Source of the DNA: an uncultured cyanobacterium
GTDB lineage: Bacteria; Cyanobacteriota; Cyanobacteriia; Leptolyngbyales; Leptolyngbyaceae
Reading direction: 5' to 3'
Assembly (NCBI GenBank): GCA_963766075.1
Contig: CAVYAN010000061.1
Coordinates: 32,001 to 96,000 of the forward strand
Length of the DNA: 64,000 nucleotides
Under the pieces are notes generated by a model that ran no database searches, had not been told where the DNA came from, and saw nothing but the letters and a program-made list of their open reading frames with translations. The stretch's first letter is position 1. The number at the start of each line of letters is the position of its first letter. Of this stretch, positions 1-8,930 are shown one piece after another. A program made the position numbers and the translations under genes.

Positions 1-112
1 GTAAAAAGCCTGCACAGCAACAGATTTGGGGAATTATCAAAGCAGTTTTAACCCTAAAAATTTTAAAGTTTGAGTCATTTCAAATTTGTTGCATTTCTTA
101 ATGATTACTATG

Positions 113-210
113 GGTTTCCCCACACATTCCACATCGTTTCCCCGTAATTAGAGTGGTTTTCCCCATACTTTCCACAGGTTCTCCCCACGATCCCCAGACT
201 TCTCCACAAT
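113..210 (+). promoter_or_regulatory. Cluster of degenerate DnaA-box-like 9-mers
   Basis: TTCCCCACA 116, CATTCCACA 125, TTTTCCCCA 157, CTTTCCACA 168, TTCTCCCCA 179, TTCTCCACA 200; resemble cyanobacterial TTTTCCACA; AT-rich tract upstream. Confidence 0.4.
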
Positions 211-381
211 CGCCACGCAGGCATCGGCCTTTGGTGATTCTGATCCCACAAGGCAAAAACCCGAGCCATTTCTATTCTACAAGTCTGTCTTAATAAAGTT
301 GTGTAACAAAAAGCGGCTTAAAACCCCTATTCCTCCGTTGATTGACAGCGTTGGTTCATCCGTTCGTAACATTTCACAACA

Positions 382-411
382 TTGACAACTCGGGGGGGGT
401 ACCGGCACAAT
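382..411 (+). promoter_or_regulatory. Putative sigma70-type promoter upstream of the DUF2811 gene
   Basis: TTGACA (382-387), 18-bp spacer containing a G8 run, CACAAT (406-411). Confidence 0.35.
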
Positions 412-548
412 TAGGCGACCAACAACAAAGCGCTCCCAACGCTGACCGACTCAAAGCCGCTCGACATGGACCACTCGGACTATAGCTCGCGGCCAGAGCA
501 ACTCAGCGTTTGGATTGGCGCTAGTTTTTGCTGCTTTCCAACAACCTG

Positions 549-578
549 AGTAGAGGCGTTGTTCGCAGCGTCTCTACT
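549..578. repeat. REP-like palindromic repeat (GTAG...CTAC type)
   Basis: AGTAGAGGCGTTGTTCGCAGCGTCTCTACT imperfect hairpin resembling the common cyanobacterial GTAGAGACG...CGTCTCTAC repeat. Confidence 0.65.
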
Positions 579-685
579 ATTCATTCCCATCATTCCTATT
601 CATTCCCACTGCGATCGCCGAACTAACATCGATTTCACGTTTCATCGATCGCGCCCATACCCTTCCATTCCCCCCCATTCAAAGC

Positions 686-931
686 ATGCAAAATTCTATG
701 GACACCAGCATTAGCCTCCTGATCGAAGTTCCTGAAGTCCTCCATGATGCCCTCAAAAACTATCTAGAAGTTCGTCCTGACTGGGATCAGAATCGGGTAT
801 TCACCGCAGCCCTATCCCTATTTCTCTTGCAAAATCGTGGCACCGAAGCCCTTCCCGAAAAGCCCTACCAACGCCAAGCTTCTCGCATCTATCTCGACAC
901 TCTTTTTAAGCGCCCCATCGGGCAAAACTAG
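686..931 (+). CDS. DUF2811 family small protein
   Basis: EVPEVLHDALKNYLEVRPDWDQNRVFTAALSLFLLQN matches the recalled cyanobacterial DUF2811 pattern; start may be ATG 698. Confidence 0.8.
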   Translation: MQNSMDTSISLLIEVPEVLHDALKNYLEVRPDWDQNRVFTAALSLFLLQNRGTEALPEKPYQRQASRIYLDTLFKRPIGQN

Positions 932-937
932 AGGCGT

Positions 938-1723
938 ATGGTTTACCAGATTTCCGCGACCAAACTGCAAACCTATCAGCGTTGTCCCTACTCCTACTAC
1001 TTGCGTTACGAGCGTAAACTGCCCACCAGTGAGTTTTTTGGTTCCGCCGCTCTGGGTACGGCATTGCACCATACCCTAGCGCAATGCCATCGGGATTGGC
1101 ACTACCATACCCCTCTTCCCGATCTACGCTGGTTAAAACATTGCTGGGAACAAAATTCTGCTAATCTGACCCCCAAGCAAAATACCGAAGGTCTAGAAAT
1201 TCTAGAGAATTATCACCGCACCTTTATTGCTGCCGAAACGTCTCTGTCGCAACCCTTGGCGGTGGAAGGGAAGATCCATGGCTATCTCCAAGTCGAAAAT
1301 TTGGAGTTTTTGATTAGTGGGCGTTACGATCGCCTCGATTTTCTCCCTGAGGGCTTGGAGTTAATCGACTATAAATCTAGTCGGGAAATCAAATCTCCCG
1401 ACGCCTCCGAATTAGACATTCAAATGGGGTTGTACTACCTGGCCCTAGAGCAGACCTATCGTCAAAGTCTGAAATACATGAGTTTGCTGTACCTTCGGTT
1501 GGGCGAAAAAATCCAATTTGTCGCTACAGCCGAACAGCGGCAGCAAGCCGAAGCCATGATTAGCCAGTTGGCCCTGCGCCTCCGCTATGATCGGGGTTGG
1601 GAGCCAACCCCCGGTGACCACTGCCACCGCTGTGCCTTTGCTCGCTACTGTCCAGCGGTATCCAACAGCCCTACTCCCCTACCGGCAACGCGAGCTGAGA
1701 TCACAGTTGCAATTAGCCCTTAG
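938..1723 (+). CDS. PD-(D/E)XK nuclease family protein (RecB/AddB/Cas4-like, Fe-S staple)
   Basis: ISATKLQTYQRCP; GTALH; GRYDRLD...LIDYKS; QMGLYYLA; C-terminal CHRCAFARYC (1+3 Cys). Confidence 0.85.
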   Translation: MVYQISATKLQTYQRCPYSYYLRYERKLPTSEFFGSAALGTALHHTLAQCHRDWHYHTPLPDLRWLKHCWEQNSANLTPKQNTEGLEILENYHRTFIAAETSLSQPLAVEGKIHGYLQVENLEFLISGRYDRLDFLPEGLELIDYKSSREIKSPDASELDIQMGLYYLALEQTYRQSLKYMSLLYLRLGEKIQFVATAEQRQQAEAMISQLALRLRYDRGWEPTPGDHCHRCAFARYCPAVSNSPTPLPATRAEITVAISP

Positions 1724-1734
1724 TCTATAGTGCC

Positions 1735-1865
1735 TTGGCTGACTGAGACTCTTGACTGATTAGTGTCCTTGACTTATGTCTTGATTAATTGACTTTACTG
1801 ACTGACTAGATGTCTTGATTGATTATCTTAATTGATTGGCTGATTGATACCTTAATTGACTGTTT
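1735..1865. repeat. Degenerate short tandem repeat tract (TTGA[CT]T-rich)
   Basis: Repeated cttgact/ttgattga/ctgact units of irregular length after the nuclease stop codon. Confidence 0.6.
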
Positions 1866-1878
1866 ATGAAGCCACCCA

Positions 1879-1914
1879 CTTAGGTATTTATACAATTTTA
1901 TATAAATACCTAAG
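1879..1914. other. Perfect 14-bp inverted repeat with 8-bp spacer
   Basis: CTTAGGTATTTATA-caatttta-TATAAATACCTAAG. Confidence 0.9.
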
Positions 1915-2427
1915 CAGGCATACCTATTCAAATCATTGATTAGAGAATGCATAAAGTCTTAGGTTTGTCATTAATGTATCGATTGATTGAAAACTTTTCA
2001 AACCCTCGTCCAGTCTGAGTCTTAAGAATAGTTTAGTTCGGTGTTTTACAGGACTTCTGGTTACGAAGAAGTCGTTTGTTATTTCTTCCTTTTCCCATGC
2101 TAAACACTCCATTTTCCAAAGCCTTGCCATTGCCTGCACCCGTATGCCGTTGGTGCAAGGTCTACGTCCCCCAACAGTTTGCTCAAGCGCATCAATTTCC
2201 TTGGCAAGCCACCCATTGGGGCTTCTCTGAAGCGAGAACAGTTCCCACCGCCACCCGGCTCCGCAGCCATGGGCCTACCCGCATTCAGTTACACGTTGCG
2301 TCCCGGTCGGTCACATTTAACGGGTACTGGCGAGCTTAGGATAATTACAATTAAAAGTCAAAATTAAAAATGGGCATTGCTGACTCTGGTTAGGAATGGT
2401 GGGGTCTTTTTTATAGTTAAATTAATT

Positions 2428-3495
2428 ATGCAAATCCGGATTCAAACCTTCACTGTTCACAAGCGAACTCCCCTCACCATTAGTCGGGGTACAACGGCGC
2501 AAACGACTAATGTTTGGGTGGAGGTGGAGCATGATGGGATCCAGGGCTGGGGGGAAGCTTCGCCATTTTCCGTGATGGTGGGGGAATTGCCGCTCACGGC
2601 GGCGGCGATCGCCCGTCCGATCCAACGTCTAGCCCCATTGCTAAAGGCCGTCAGTCCTCTGGAACGGCAACGCATCGATCGCATGATGACAGAGTTCGGT
2701 TTGCCATCGAGCTCGCGGGCCGCGTTGGATATCGCCTTGCATGATTGGCTTGGGAAGGCGGCCAATTTACCCCTGTGGCAGTTGTGGGGCCTGGATCGCG
2801 ATTGCATTGTGCCCACCACCGTCACCATTGGCATTAGCTCGCCCGCTGCGGCCCAACAGCGGGTTCGGGAATGGCTAGGTGAAGGCACCGTCGCCTCTCC
2901 GTCGCGAAATATTCAGGCGCTGAAGTTGAAATTGGGGAGTCCCCTAGGCGCGGAAGCGGATCAGGCGATGGTGCTGGCGGTAAAAACCGTGGCTCCCCAT
3001 ATTGCCCACATCAGTGTGGATGCAAATGGTGGCTGGACGGTGGAGACGGCCCTAGCGATGGCGGATTGGCTGGCAGAGCAGGGTGTGAAATCGATTGAGC
3101 AGCCACTGGCTAAGGGATTAGAGGGAGAATTGCCGACGTTGTATCGGCGATCGCCCCTGCCCATCTTCGCCGATGAAAGCTGCTTCACGAGCCAGGATAT
3201 TCCGGCTTTGTGCGATCGCGTCCACGGTATCAATATCAAGCTGATGAAGTCCGGCGGCCTGTCCGAAGCGCTGCGCATGATTCATACGGCGCGGGCCTGT
3301 GGCCTGAAAATTATGTTTGGCTGCTACTCGGATAGCGCGCTGTTGAACACTGCTCTGGCCCAGTTGTCACCGTTGGCCGACTATGTGGATCTCGATAGCC
3401 ACCTCAACTTACTGGATGATCCATTTGTGGGAGCCCATTTTGAAACCGGGCGCGTGCTGCCCAATGATCTACCAGGATTGGGCGTGCGGCGTTGA
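2428..3495 (+). CDS. Dipeptide epimerase (L-Ala-D/L-Glu epimerase, enolase superfamily)
   Basis: LTISRG, GWGEASP, KLKLG, VDANGGW, IEQP, ADES, NIKLMKSGG, DLDS motifs; ATG 2428 preferred to upstream TTG. Confidence 0.9.
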   Translation: MQIRIQTFTVHKRTPLTISRGTTAQTTNVWVEVEHDGIQGWGEASPFSVMVGELPLTAAAIARPIQRLAPLLKAVSPLERQRIDRMMTEFGLPSSSRAALDIALHDWLGKAANLPLWQLWGLDRDCIVPTTVTIGISSPAAAQQRVREWLGEGTVASPSRNIQALKLKLGSPLGAEADQAMVLAVKTVAPHIAHISVDANGGWTVETALAMADWLAEQGVKSIEQPLAKGLEGELPTLYRRSPLPIFADESCFTSQDIPALCDRVHGINIKLMKSGGLSEALRMIHTARACGLKIMFGCYSDSALLNTALAQLSPLADYVDLDSHLNLLDDPFVGAHFETGRVLPNDLPGLGVRR

Positions 3496-3580
3496 GGTCT
3501 CCATCACGAGCCGATGACTCTATCTCTTGGGCCAAAAGCCGCTTGAGAAGCAAAAAGCTGCTTGAGACGAAGACTGGTAG

Positions 3581-4495
<915 letters not shown>

Positions 4496-5097
4496 CTATG
4501 AACCCGGAGCACCGATTGCGCTCCAACCCGTGGACATAGTCCACTTGCGAATACGCCCATTTCCTGACGGTTGCCCCCTGCGCGATTGGCCTGCACTGTT
4601 GCTGGAACAAAGGCAACGACCAACTGCATACTAGGGCAAAACATCAAGAATAGGGCAGTCCCTCAGCAAAATCAGCTAGGTTGGAACAATGGTAAGGCTG
4701 TCCCTAAACAGTATCTTCATTATTCCTCAATCATTGAGGGATAGAACACTTTATCAGTAAAACCTTACAGCGTTTTCACAAGCCGGTTCTAGCGGGCTAA
4801 TCTTTATCAAAACGAGCAGAGGATAAATAGTCAGAGGGGGCTTTTGCGTGAAAGAGACACCTAGCGACAGAAATTCTCAGTGGAAATACGATGAAAGCAG
4901 CAAATCCGACCCAGATCACCGGGAATTTACGGGGAGATCGCCTGAGATCGCCCCAGTGCTGTGGCTAATAGTGCTATGGCTAATACAGTCCGGCGGCCAT
5001 AACCATCCAGCTATGGACAGCCAAATTGCCTTCTCCATAGAGATTTCAACCTTCCGCCCTCTACTGTTTACTTCTGTCTCAATGCGCTAGGGCGCGT

Positions 5098-5271
5098 TTA
5101 TGCGGCTGTGAGACGACCACTGCCCCGATGGTTGATGGGGGGCACAACTTGCAGTGCTGTGAGAGCTGGGTGGTCATCCACAGGCTGATTGGCCAATTGG
5201 GGGAGGCACAGGTGACCCGCGAAAGCCGTCAGCAAAAGAGTCGTCAGGATGGCAAGGGTTTGAAGACGCAT
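5098..5271 (-). CDS. patX: PatX-like RGSGR peptide precursor (HetR inhibitor family)
   Basis: 57 aa from ATG 5271; hydrophobic N-terminal signal-like segment; C-terminal PPINHRGSGRLTAA; same strand directly upstream of hetR. Confidence 0.85.
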   Translation of the reverse strand: MRLQTLAILTTLLLTAFAGHLCLPQLANQPVDDHPALTALQVVPPINHRGSGRLTAA

Positions 5272-5418
5272 GGTGATGATGTCCGTGTTAGGGTTGCTAC
5301 TAACTGTTACGGAGCTTTTGGACAAGATCAGGATGAATTGCCACAGGATTTTGGAAATCTGCTTGACTAACTTTGATGGAAATGCTTCGGTGGTTTCGAG
5401 GGTTCTGGTGAGAGGACT

Positions 5419-6333
5419 TTACGGTTGTGGTGGGCTAGGCTGATCCAGTTCTGTTCGGGGATCAAGGGCATCGCGTAGGCCATCTCCCAACAGGTTGAGG
5501 GCAAGAACCGTCAGCGTAATGAATAGTCCCGGAAAGAGCATGGTCCAAGGCGCTGTCAGGGAGTAACCACCCTTGAAGGCGTCCGCTAGCATGGTGCCCA
5601 GCTCCGGGTTAGGGGGTTGGACGCCCAGGCCCAAGAAACCCAGGCCCGCGGCTTCCAAGGTAGCGGTGCCGGTGGCTAGGGTGGCTTGGACAATGATGGG
5701 TCCCAGGCTGGCGGGAAGGACGTGGCGCAGCAGAATGTGCCATGGGGTGGCACCGAGGGCACGGGCGGCGAGGACGAATTCTTGTTCCCGGAGGGAAAGA
5801 ACGAGCGCACGGGTCAGGCGGGTGAAGATGGGAACTTGGATGATGCCGACGGCGAGCATGGTGCTTTGGAGACTGGGGCCGGTGACCGTGACGATCGCGA
5901 TCGCCAACAAAATGGATGGAAATGCCAGCAGAATGTCTGTGCACCAGCCAATCACGGTTTCGGCGATGCCACGCCAGTAACCCGCCACAAGGCCGCTCAG
6001 GAGTCCTATCCCGAGGCCCAAACTGACGGAAATGCTGCTCACGATCCAAGAGGTCCGCGTGCCGTACCACACCAGGGTCCGAATATCCCGTCCCAGGGCA
6101 TCGGTGCCAAACCAGTGAGCGGAACTGGGGGGGCGTAGGCGAGTGATATAGCTGCGATCGCTGGCGGGGTCGTAGGGACAGAGCAGCGGCGCGAGCAATA
6201 CCAGCAGGAGCAACAGCAGCGTCAGCAGGCCACCCATTTTGCCTGCGGGCGATCGCCAAAACCGTTGTAGGGCAGAGGAAGACTGTGAGGCTAGGGACGG
6301 GGCGATCGGGCGGGGCGGGGTGGGCAGCATCAA
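5419..6333 (-). CDS. Peptide ABC transporter permease (DppC/OppC-like)
   Basis: HWFGTDALGRD, EFVLAARALGA EAA loop, LGFLGLGVQPPNPELG, LNLLGDGLRDALDPR. Confidence 0.92.
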   Translation of the reverse strand: MMLPTPPRPIAPSLASQSSSALQRFWRSPAGKMGGLLTLLLLLLVLLAPLLCPYDPASDRSYITRLRPPSSAHWFGTDALGRDIRTLVWYGTRTSWIVSSISVSLGLGIGLLSGLVAGYWRGIAETVIGWCTDILLAFPSILLAIAIVTVTGPSLQSTMLAVGIIQVPIFTRLTRALVLSLREQEFVLAARALGATPWHILLRHVLPASLGPIIVQATLATGTATLEAAGLGFLGLGVQPPNPELGTMLADAFKGGYSLTAPWTMLFPGLFITLTVLALNLLGDGLRDALDPRTELDQPSPPQP

Positions 6334-6450
6334 AATGGAACCTTTCAGTGTAGGGTGTTTAGGGGCGCTGGCCGGAATCAGCAGTCACGAGTTCTGCGGT
6401 GATAATTTTGTGATGATAATTTTGTGATGATAATACGGGGATTGACTGAG

Positions 6451-7782
6451 ATGGCGAAACATTCCTGGACTGTGGGAATGGTAACGGCTGTAATGATTTG
6501 CGGCGGCTGTGGTCGCCCGTCTCCGGTGGTATCCCCGTCGTCCTTGCCGGGGCAAATCCCCACGCTCCCCGGGACTCCAGCGGCAGCACCTGTGTTACCG
6601 CTAACTCCCCCGCCTGGATTGGGGGATACGGCGGTGCAGGCACAGGTGCAACAGTATGTGGATAGACTGGCGGGCAAGGGATTTGCGCCTGCCAGTCAAG
6701 GACTGTGGATCCAGACAGACCGTGAATTGCTGGGGAATCACCAAGGGACAAAGCCCCTATCTGCGGCTTCGTTGACCAAGGTGGCAACCTCCTTGGCGGT
6801 GCTGCAAACCTTTGGCGTGGATCATCGATTTACGACCCGTTTGGGAGCAACAGGCCCGATTCAGCAGGGTGTGCTGCAAGGGGATTTGGTGGTGCAGGGA
6901 GGCGAAGATCCGCTGCTGGTGTGGGAAGAAGCGATCGCCCTGGGCAATCAGTTGAACCAACTGGGCATCCGCCAGGTAACGGGAAATTTAGTGATTGTTG
7001 GCCCGTTCTACATGAACTTTGAAAGCGACCCCACCCAGGCCGGAAATTTTCTCAAGGAAGGGTTGAATGCGTCGGCGTGGGGCAGTGAGGCGATGACCCA
7101 ATATCAAACATTGCCCGCAGGAACTCCCCGTCCCCAAGTGGCCATTCAAGGAACCGTTCAGGTGACAAAAACACTCCCAAAAACAGTGCAGCCCCTACTC
7201 ACCCATGCGTCCTTGCCGGTGGCAGAGTTGCTGAAAAAAATGAACCAATACAGCAATAACTTGATGGCCGATATGATGGCCAATGCAGCAGGGGGGGCGG
7301 CAATGGTGCAACAAAAGGTGGTGCAGGCGACGGGGCTACCAGCGGCGGAAATTATCTTGGTGAATGGCTCTGGCCTGGGTGAGGCAAATCGGATTTCGCC
7401 GCGCATGGTCTGTGGGATGTTTCGGGCCATTGATCGCTACTTGCAAGCCCATCAGATGACCGTAGGAGATTTGTTTACTGTGATTGGGCGCGATGAGGGA
7501 ATTTTGAGTGAGCGATCGCTGCCGCCCTTGGCAATTATCAAATCCGGCAGTTTAGATAACGTTAGTGCCTTAGCCGGAGTGCTGGCAACGCAGAAACACG
7601 GCACCGTCTGGTTTGCGATCCAAAATGGTGGTCCAGATAACCTAGAAGGATTCCGCACCGAACAGGAGGCATTGCTTAAAACCTGGGTCGGTCAGTGGGG
7701 CAGCACCAATCCGTTGCCTCCGGGCTTGGCTCCCACGCTGGCACGGCAGCATAAAACACCACAGACTGAGCGTGTGCGCTGA
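6451..7782 (+). CDS. dacB: D-alanyl-D-alanine carboxypeptidase/endopeptidase (PBP4, peptidase S13)
   Basis: SAASLTK (SxxK), YSNN (SxN), NGSGL, IKSG motifs; Pro-rich linker after a lipoprotein-like signal. Confidence 0.88.
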   Translation: MAKHSWTVGMVTAVMICGGCGRPSPVVSPSSLPGQIPTLPGTPAAAPVLPLTPPPGLGDTAVQAQVQQYVDRLAGKGFAPASQGLWIQTDRELLGNHQGTKPLSAASLTKVATSLAVLQTFGVDHRFTTRLGATGPIQQGVLQGDLVVQGGEDPLLVWEEAIALGNQLNQLGIRQVTGNLVIVGPFYMNFESDPTQAGNFLKEGLNASAWGSEAMTQYQTLPAGTPRPQVAIQGTVQVTKTLPKTVQPLLTHASLPVAELLKKMNQYSNNLMADMMANAAGGAAMVQQKVVQATGLPAAEIILVNGSGLGEANRISPRMVCGMFRAIDRYLQAHQMTVGDLFTVIGRDEGILSERSLPPLAIIKSGSLDNVSALAGVLATQKHGTVWFAIQNGGPDNLEGFRTEQEALLKTWVGQWGSTNPLPPGLAPTLARQHKTPQTERVR

Positions 7783-7880
7783 ATAAATTAAAAGTTCAAA
7801 ATTAATAAATTCAAAATAAGGAGCGATCTGGTGGGCATTTTTACGGGTGAGAATTTTTAGTCGTGAACGGTTCATCGTGC

Positions 7881-8273
7881 CTAGCCTGTGATGGATAGGG
7901 AATGCCAAGTCGTGGGGTGGTGGCGATCGCCCAGGGTGTGGGCCAATAGTGCTGCCAACTGTTTGGCCTTTTCTAGATTGTCATGGTGAAAGTCACAGAC
8001 ATGAATATCGAGGGTGATCTTGCCGAGTTCTGGCCAAAAGTGCAGGGCAACATGGGATTCAGCTAAAAGTGCCACCACCGAAATGCCCTGGGGCTGGAAG
8101 GTGAAGGAGGTTTCGCTGACCACGGTCAGTCCTACGGTCTGTACTTGTTGCTGCAACACCTGCAAAAAGTCCATTGCAGTCCATCCATGCAACTGTGCCG
8201 CCACGGGCAGAATCGCTGAAAAGTGATGGGAATGAATCGGTTCAGTCATAGTTACGGTATACGCTTTTGCCAT
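7881..8273 (-). CDS. S-adenosylmethionine decarboxylase family proenzyme (SpeD/SpeH-like)
   Basis: FQPQGISVVALLAESHVALHFWPE with ESH pyruvoyl cleavage site; start may be ATG 8249. Confidence 0.85.
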   Translation of the reverse strand: MAKAYTVTMTEPIHSHHFSAILPVAAQLHGWTAMDFLQVLQQQVQTVGLTVVSETSFTFQPQGISVVALLAESHVALHFWPELGKITLDIHVCDFHHDNLEKAKQLAALLAHTLGDRHHPTTWHSLSITG

Positions 8274-8862
8274 CCCCAGGGAGGAGAACCAACGATTGGG
8301 GATGAATCTGTCGGCCCCGGGTTACTTCCACATCGCCCTGCCAATTTTCCACGGAGAGCACGGTGTCATCGGGTCCGGTATAGTCAAAATACTGGCAGAT
8401 CTGCGATTGCCGATTCAAGGGAGTGCCCAGGCGCGTCATGCGGGCTGTGCCCGCTTCGATTTGACGATAGGTGAGGTGGTCCAGAATAATCTGTTGCGGG
8501 GGCGGATTGCTGATTTCTGCATGGGCTAGGGTTTCCATCCAGAGTACCTCTAGGCGATCATCCTCTTCGATGGACAGCCAGCGTTGGCGATCGCCATCCT
8601 GCATTAAATATTCCAGCCAGCCGTAGCCGTGATCATCGTAGGTCAGCCGGTCCTCTACGACCCAATCTGTTCCCGCGTACTGCACAATATCTCCAACTTG
8701 TAGATTAAATACGGTCCGCGCTGCCGCATGCCGTGTGGCCGCCCGCGTGGAGAATCGCCGCTGCCATGCCGGAAACATGGACAACCCCTTGTTCTGTCGC
8801 CATAGTAGGACCACACCTAGGACAACGACAGCGACAATTCCGATCCAGATACCCGTTAACAT
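8242..8862 (-). CDS. DUF4178 domain membrane-anchored protein
   Basis: N-terminal TM helix; LQVGDIVQY..DWVVE..WLEY...WLSIEEDD; YFDY...LSVENW. Confidence 0.8.
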   Translation of the reverse strand: MLTGIWIGIVAVVVLGVVLLWRQNKGLSMFPAWQRRFSTRAATRHAAARTVFNLQVGDIVQYAGTDWVVEDRLTYDDHGYGWLEYLMQDGDRQRWLSIEEDDRLEVLWMETLAHAEISNPPPQQIILDHLTYRQIEAGTARMTRLGTPLNRQSQICQYFDYTGPDDTVLSVENWQGDVEVTRGRQIHPQSLVLLPGDGKSVYRNYD

Positions 8863-8930
8863 AATGCCTGCCTTAACATAATGCTTGCCTCTTCTCTAGC
8901 CAATGCCCGCGACGCAGATGCCAATACGCC

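Noticed and set aside
1735..1865. Possible CRISPR array beside the Cas4-like nuclease
   Set aside because: Units are short, irregular and degenerate, with no constant repeat or unique spacers and no other cas genes
1933..2367. Short ORFs 1933-2139(-), 2076-2339(+) and 2179-2367(+)
   Set aside because: They overlap each other, use non-ATG starts and show no recognisable motif; a gene remnant cannot be excluded
5297..5310. NtcA-like site upstream of patX
   Set aside because: CTA-N8-TAC mismatches the conserved GTA triplet; too weak to call
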